This document shows, piece after piece, positions 62,641 through 64,000 of a stretch of 64,000 nucleotides of DNA. Below the pieces are notes generated by a model. It saw only the letters and a list, made by a program, of their open reading frames with translations. It ran no database searches and had not been told where the DNA came from. A program made the translations under genes and the position numbers. This DNA comes from Eledone cirrhosa (Eukaryota): assembly GCA_964016885.1 (NCBI GenBank), contig OZ024743.1, forward strand, positions 285,634,001 through 285,698,000, written 5' to 3'. Every line of letters starts with the position of its first letter. Position 1 is the first letter of the stretch.

Positions 62641-64000
62641 CCTTGTGGTATTTAGTTATGGTTTCTGAATTCAAATTTCAAGCTTGCCATTTCTCCTTCC
62701 AGAGACAATAAAATGAAATTCAAATCAATTACTGGGGTTGATTTAATCAAATTATACCCTTCCCTAAAATTTGAAACTTTGTGCCTGTGATAGAAATGAA
62801 TATAATTTTTACTAAAAAAATAAAACAAAAAATGGGATGAAAGAAGGTATTATTTAACACTAGCAGAAAAACCACCCTTCGGGTGGTTTTCTGCTAGCAT
62901 GTGTAGTGTGTATATTGATATTATACGCAAGTATATATGCATGTAGATGTGATCAAATAAAATCGTAATTGAATATACACAGAAATTGAACAAAGACTGT
63001 TACACTGTCTTATGTAATCCGTAACATAATCCACAATACATTAAAAAGAAGACGATATTATATATAAACTGCATTAGGAGAAAATTAGTGACAGAAATAT
63101 ATGAATATTTATTTAAACGATCACTAACCGGAAGTGTTGACCTTTGAAAATTTTAAAGAAGTGAATCTTTAAATAAGTAATAACATATTTAATGAACAGC
63201 CACGAAATTTAGTGGATAAATTATGTAATATTTATTCAAAGTAATCCAACTTATTTTACTAAGGGGATAAAATATTATAAACCGTACGCAGTACCGCGCT
63301 TCTTACTTTATTACAGTTTAGATACATAAGAGACTAAATATTACTATTACCCAAAAGTTATCTTGATATTTTACTGAGTAAAATGTTCTCTGAAACACTA
63401 AACACCACATCTAATGTGTACATATCCCCCCCCCCTCTCACACAAATATATTATCATCATTTAACATCCCTTTTCCCTGCTAAAATAAATTGATAAATAT
63501 TTAAAATTTTAGAAGAATTTCAACTGAATCAAATGTTTAGCTTTGTTTCACCCAAATATGTAACAGAAAAAGGTTGATAGTTGCTTCAAAGTTTCAGCTG
63601 TAACTAGCTTCTGTTTAAGCTGCAACTACAGAAGAATTGTACTCATTACGGCAAACTGAAACATTTGTCAATTTAGTCCTCCTGCTAAATTGTACATGTA
63701 TATTATACATAATTTATAACTAAATGGGCTGAACTAATGAATGCCATGGAAACTATATTTCACCATTAACAGGATATGAACTATCAACCTTTCAGCTGGT
63801 AGTTTCGTATTAAATCAGACAGCTTTAACTCTCAATGAAACTTATTTAAGAATCCCTAAAGGAGAGCTTAAATTCATTTATGTGCGGTTGTATTAGTTGG
63901 AAGATTACAATACATAATGTAAATGTTGTAATTTCATTAGCTCACAAGAACTGCTTAGATCAATGAACACTAATATCAAGTTTACTCTTCTTTTTCAAAT

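Noticed and set aside
50800-64000. Short ORFs and candidate splice sites (e.g. ttttgcag at ~53543)
   Set aside because: No coherent exon chain or protein motif; the region is AT-rich with TE debris.

Overview
This is eukaryotic, non-genic DNA. The repeat families resemble those of octopod cephalopods (inference, not verified). Positions ~337-50478 form a ~50 kb array of strand-polarised (TA)nTG/(TATG)n microsatellite carrying about 20 young retroelement segments. These comprise: six 5'-truncated copies of one RTE-clade LINE with a PHD finger inside the RT; one apparently intact two-ORF CR1-group LINE; two different Penelope-like elements (PLEs), one with inverted hammerhead-containing pLTRs; a 309-bp tandem hammerhead (retrozyme-like) unit; tRNA-head SINEs with RTE-type tails; and three precise-ended ~605-bp non-coding elements. 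Many junctions look like reverse-transcriptase template jumping, fold-back or stuttering, including CR1/RTE chimeras in both orders. The CR1 5' UTR itself contains a short (TA)nTG tract that could template the satellite. The best candidate for an undescribed system is therefore an RT-built retroelement 'train' linked by reiteratively synthesised TA-rich repeat; this is a hypothesis. Positions 50.5-64 kb are ordinary AT-rich sequence with old TE remnants. The Y/I/M/C/V/H/T-rich ORFs in the track are microsatellite artefacts. No host protein-coding gene could be supported.
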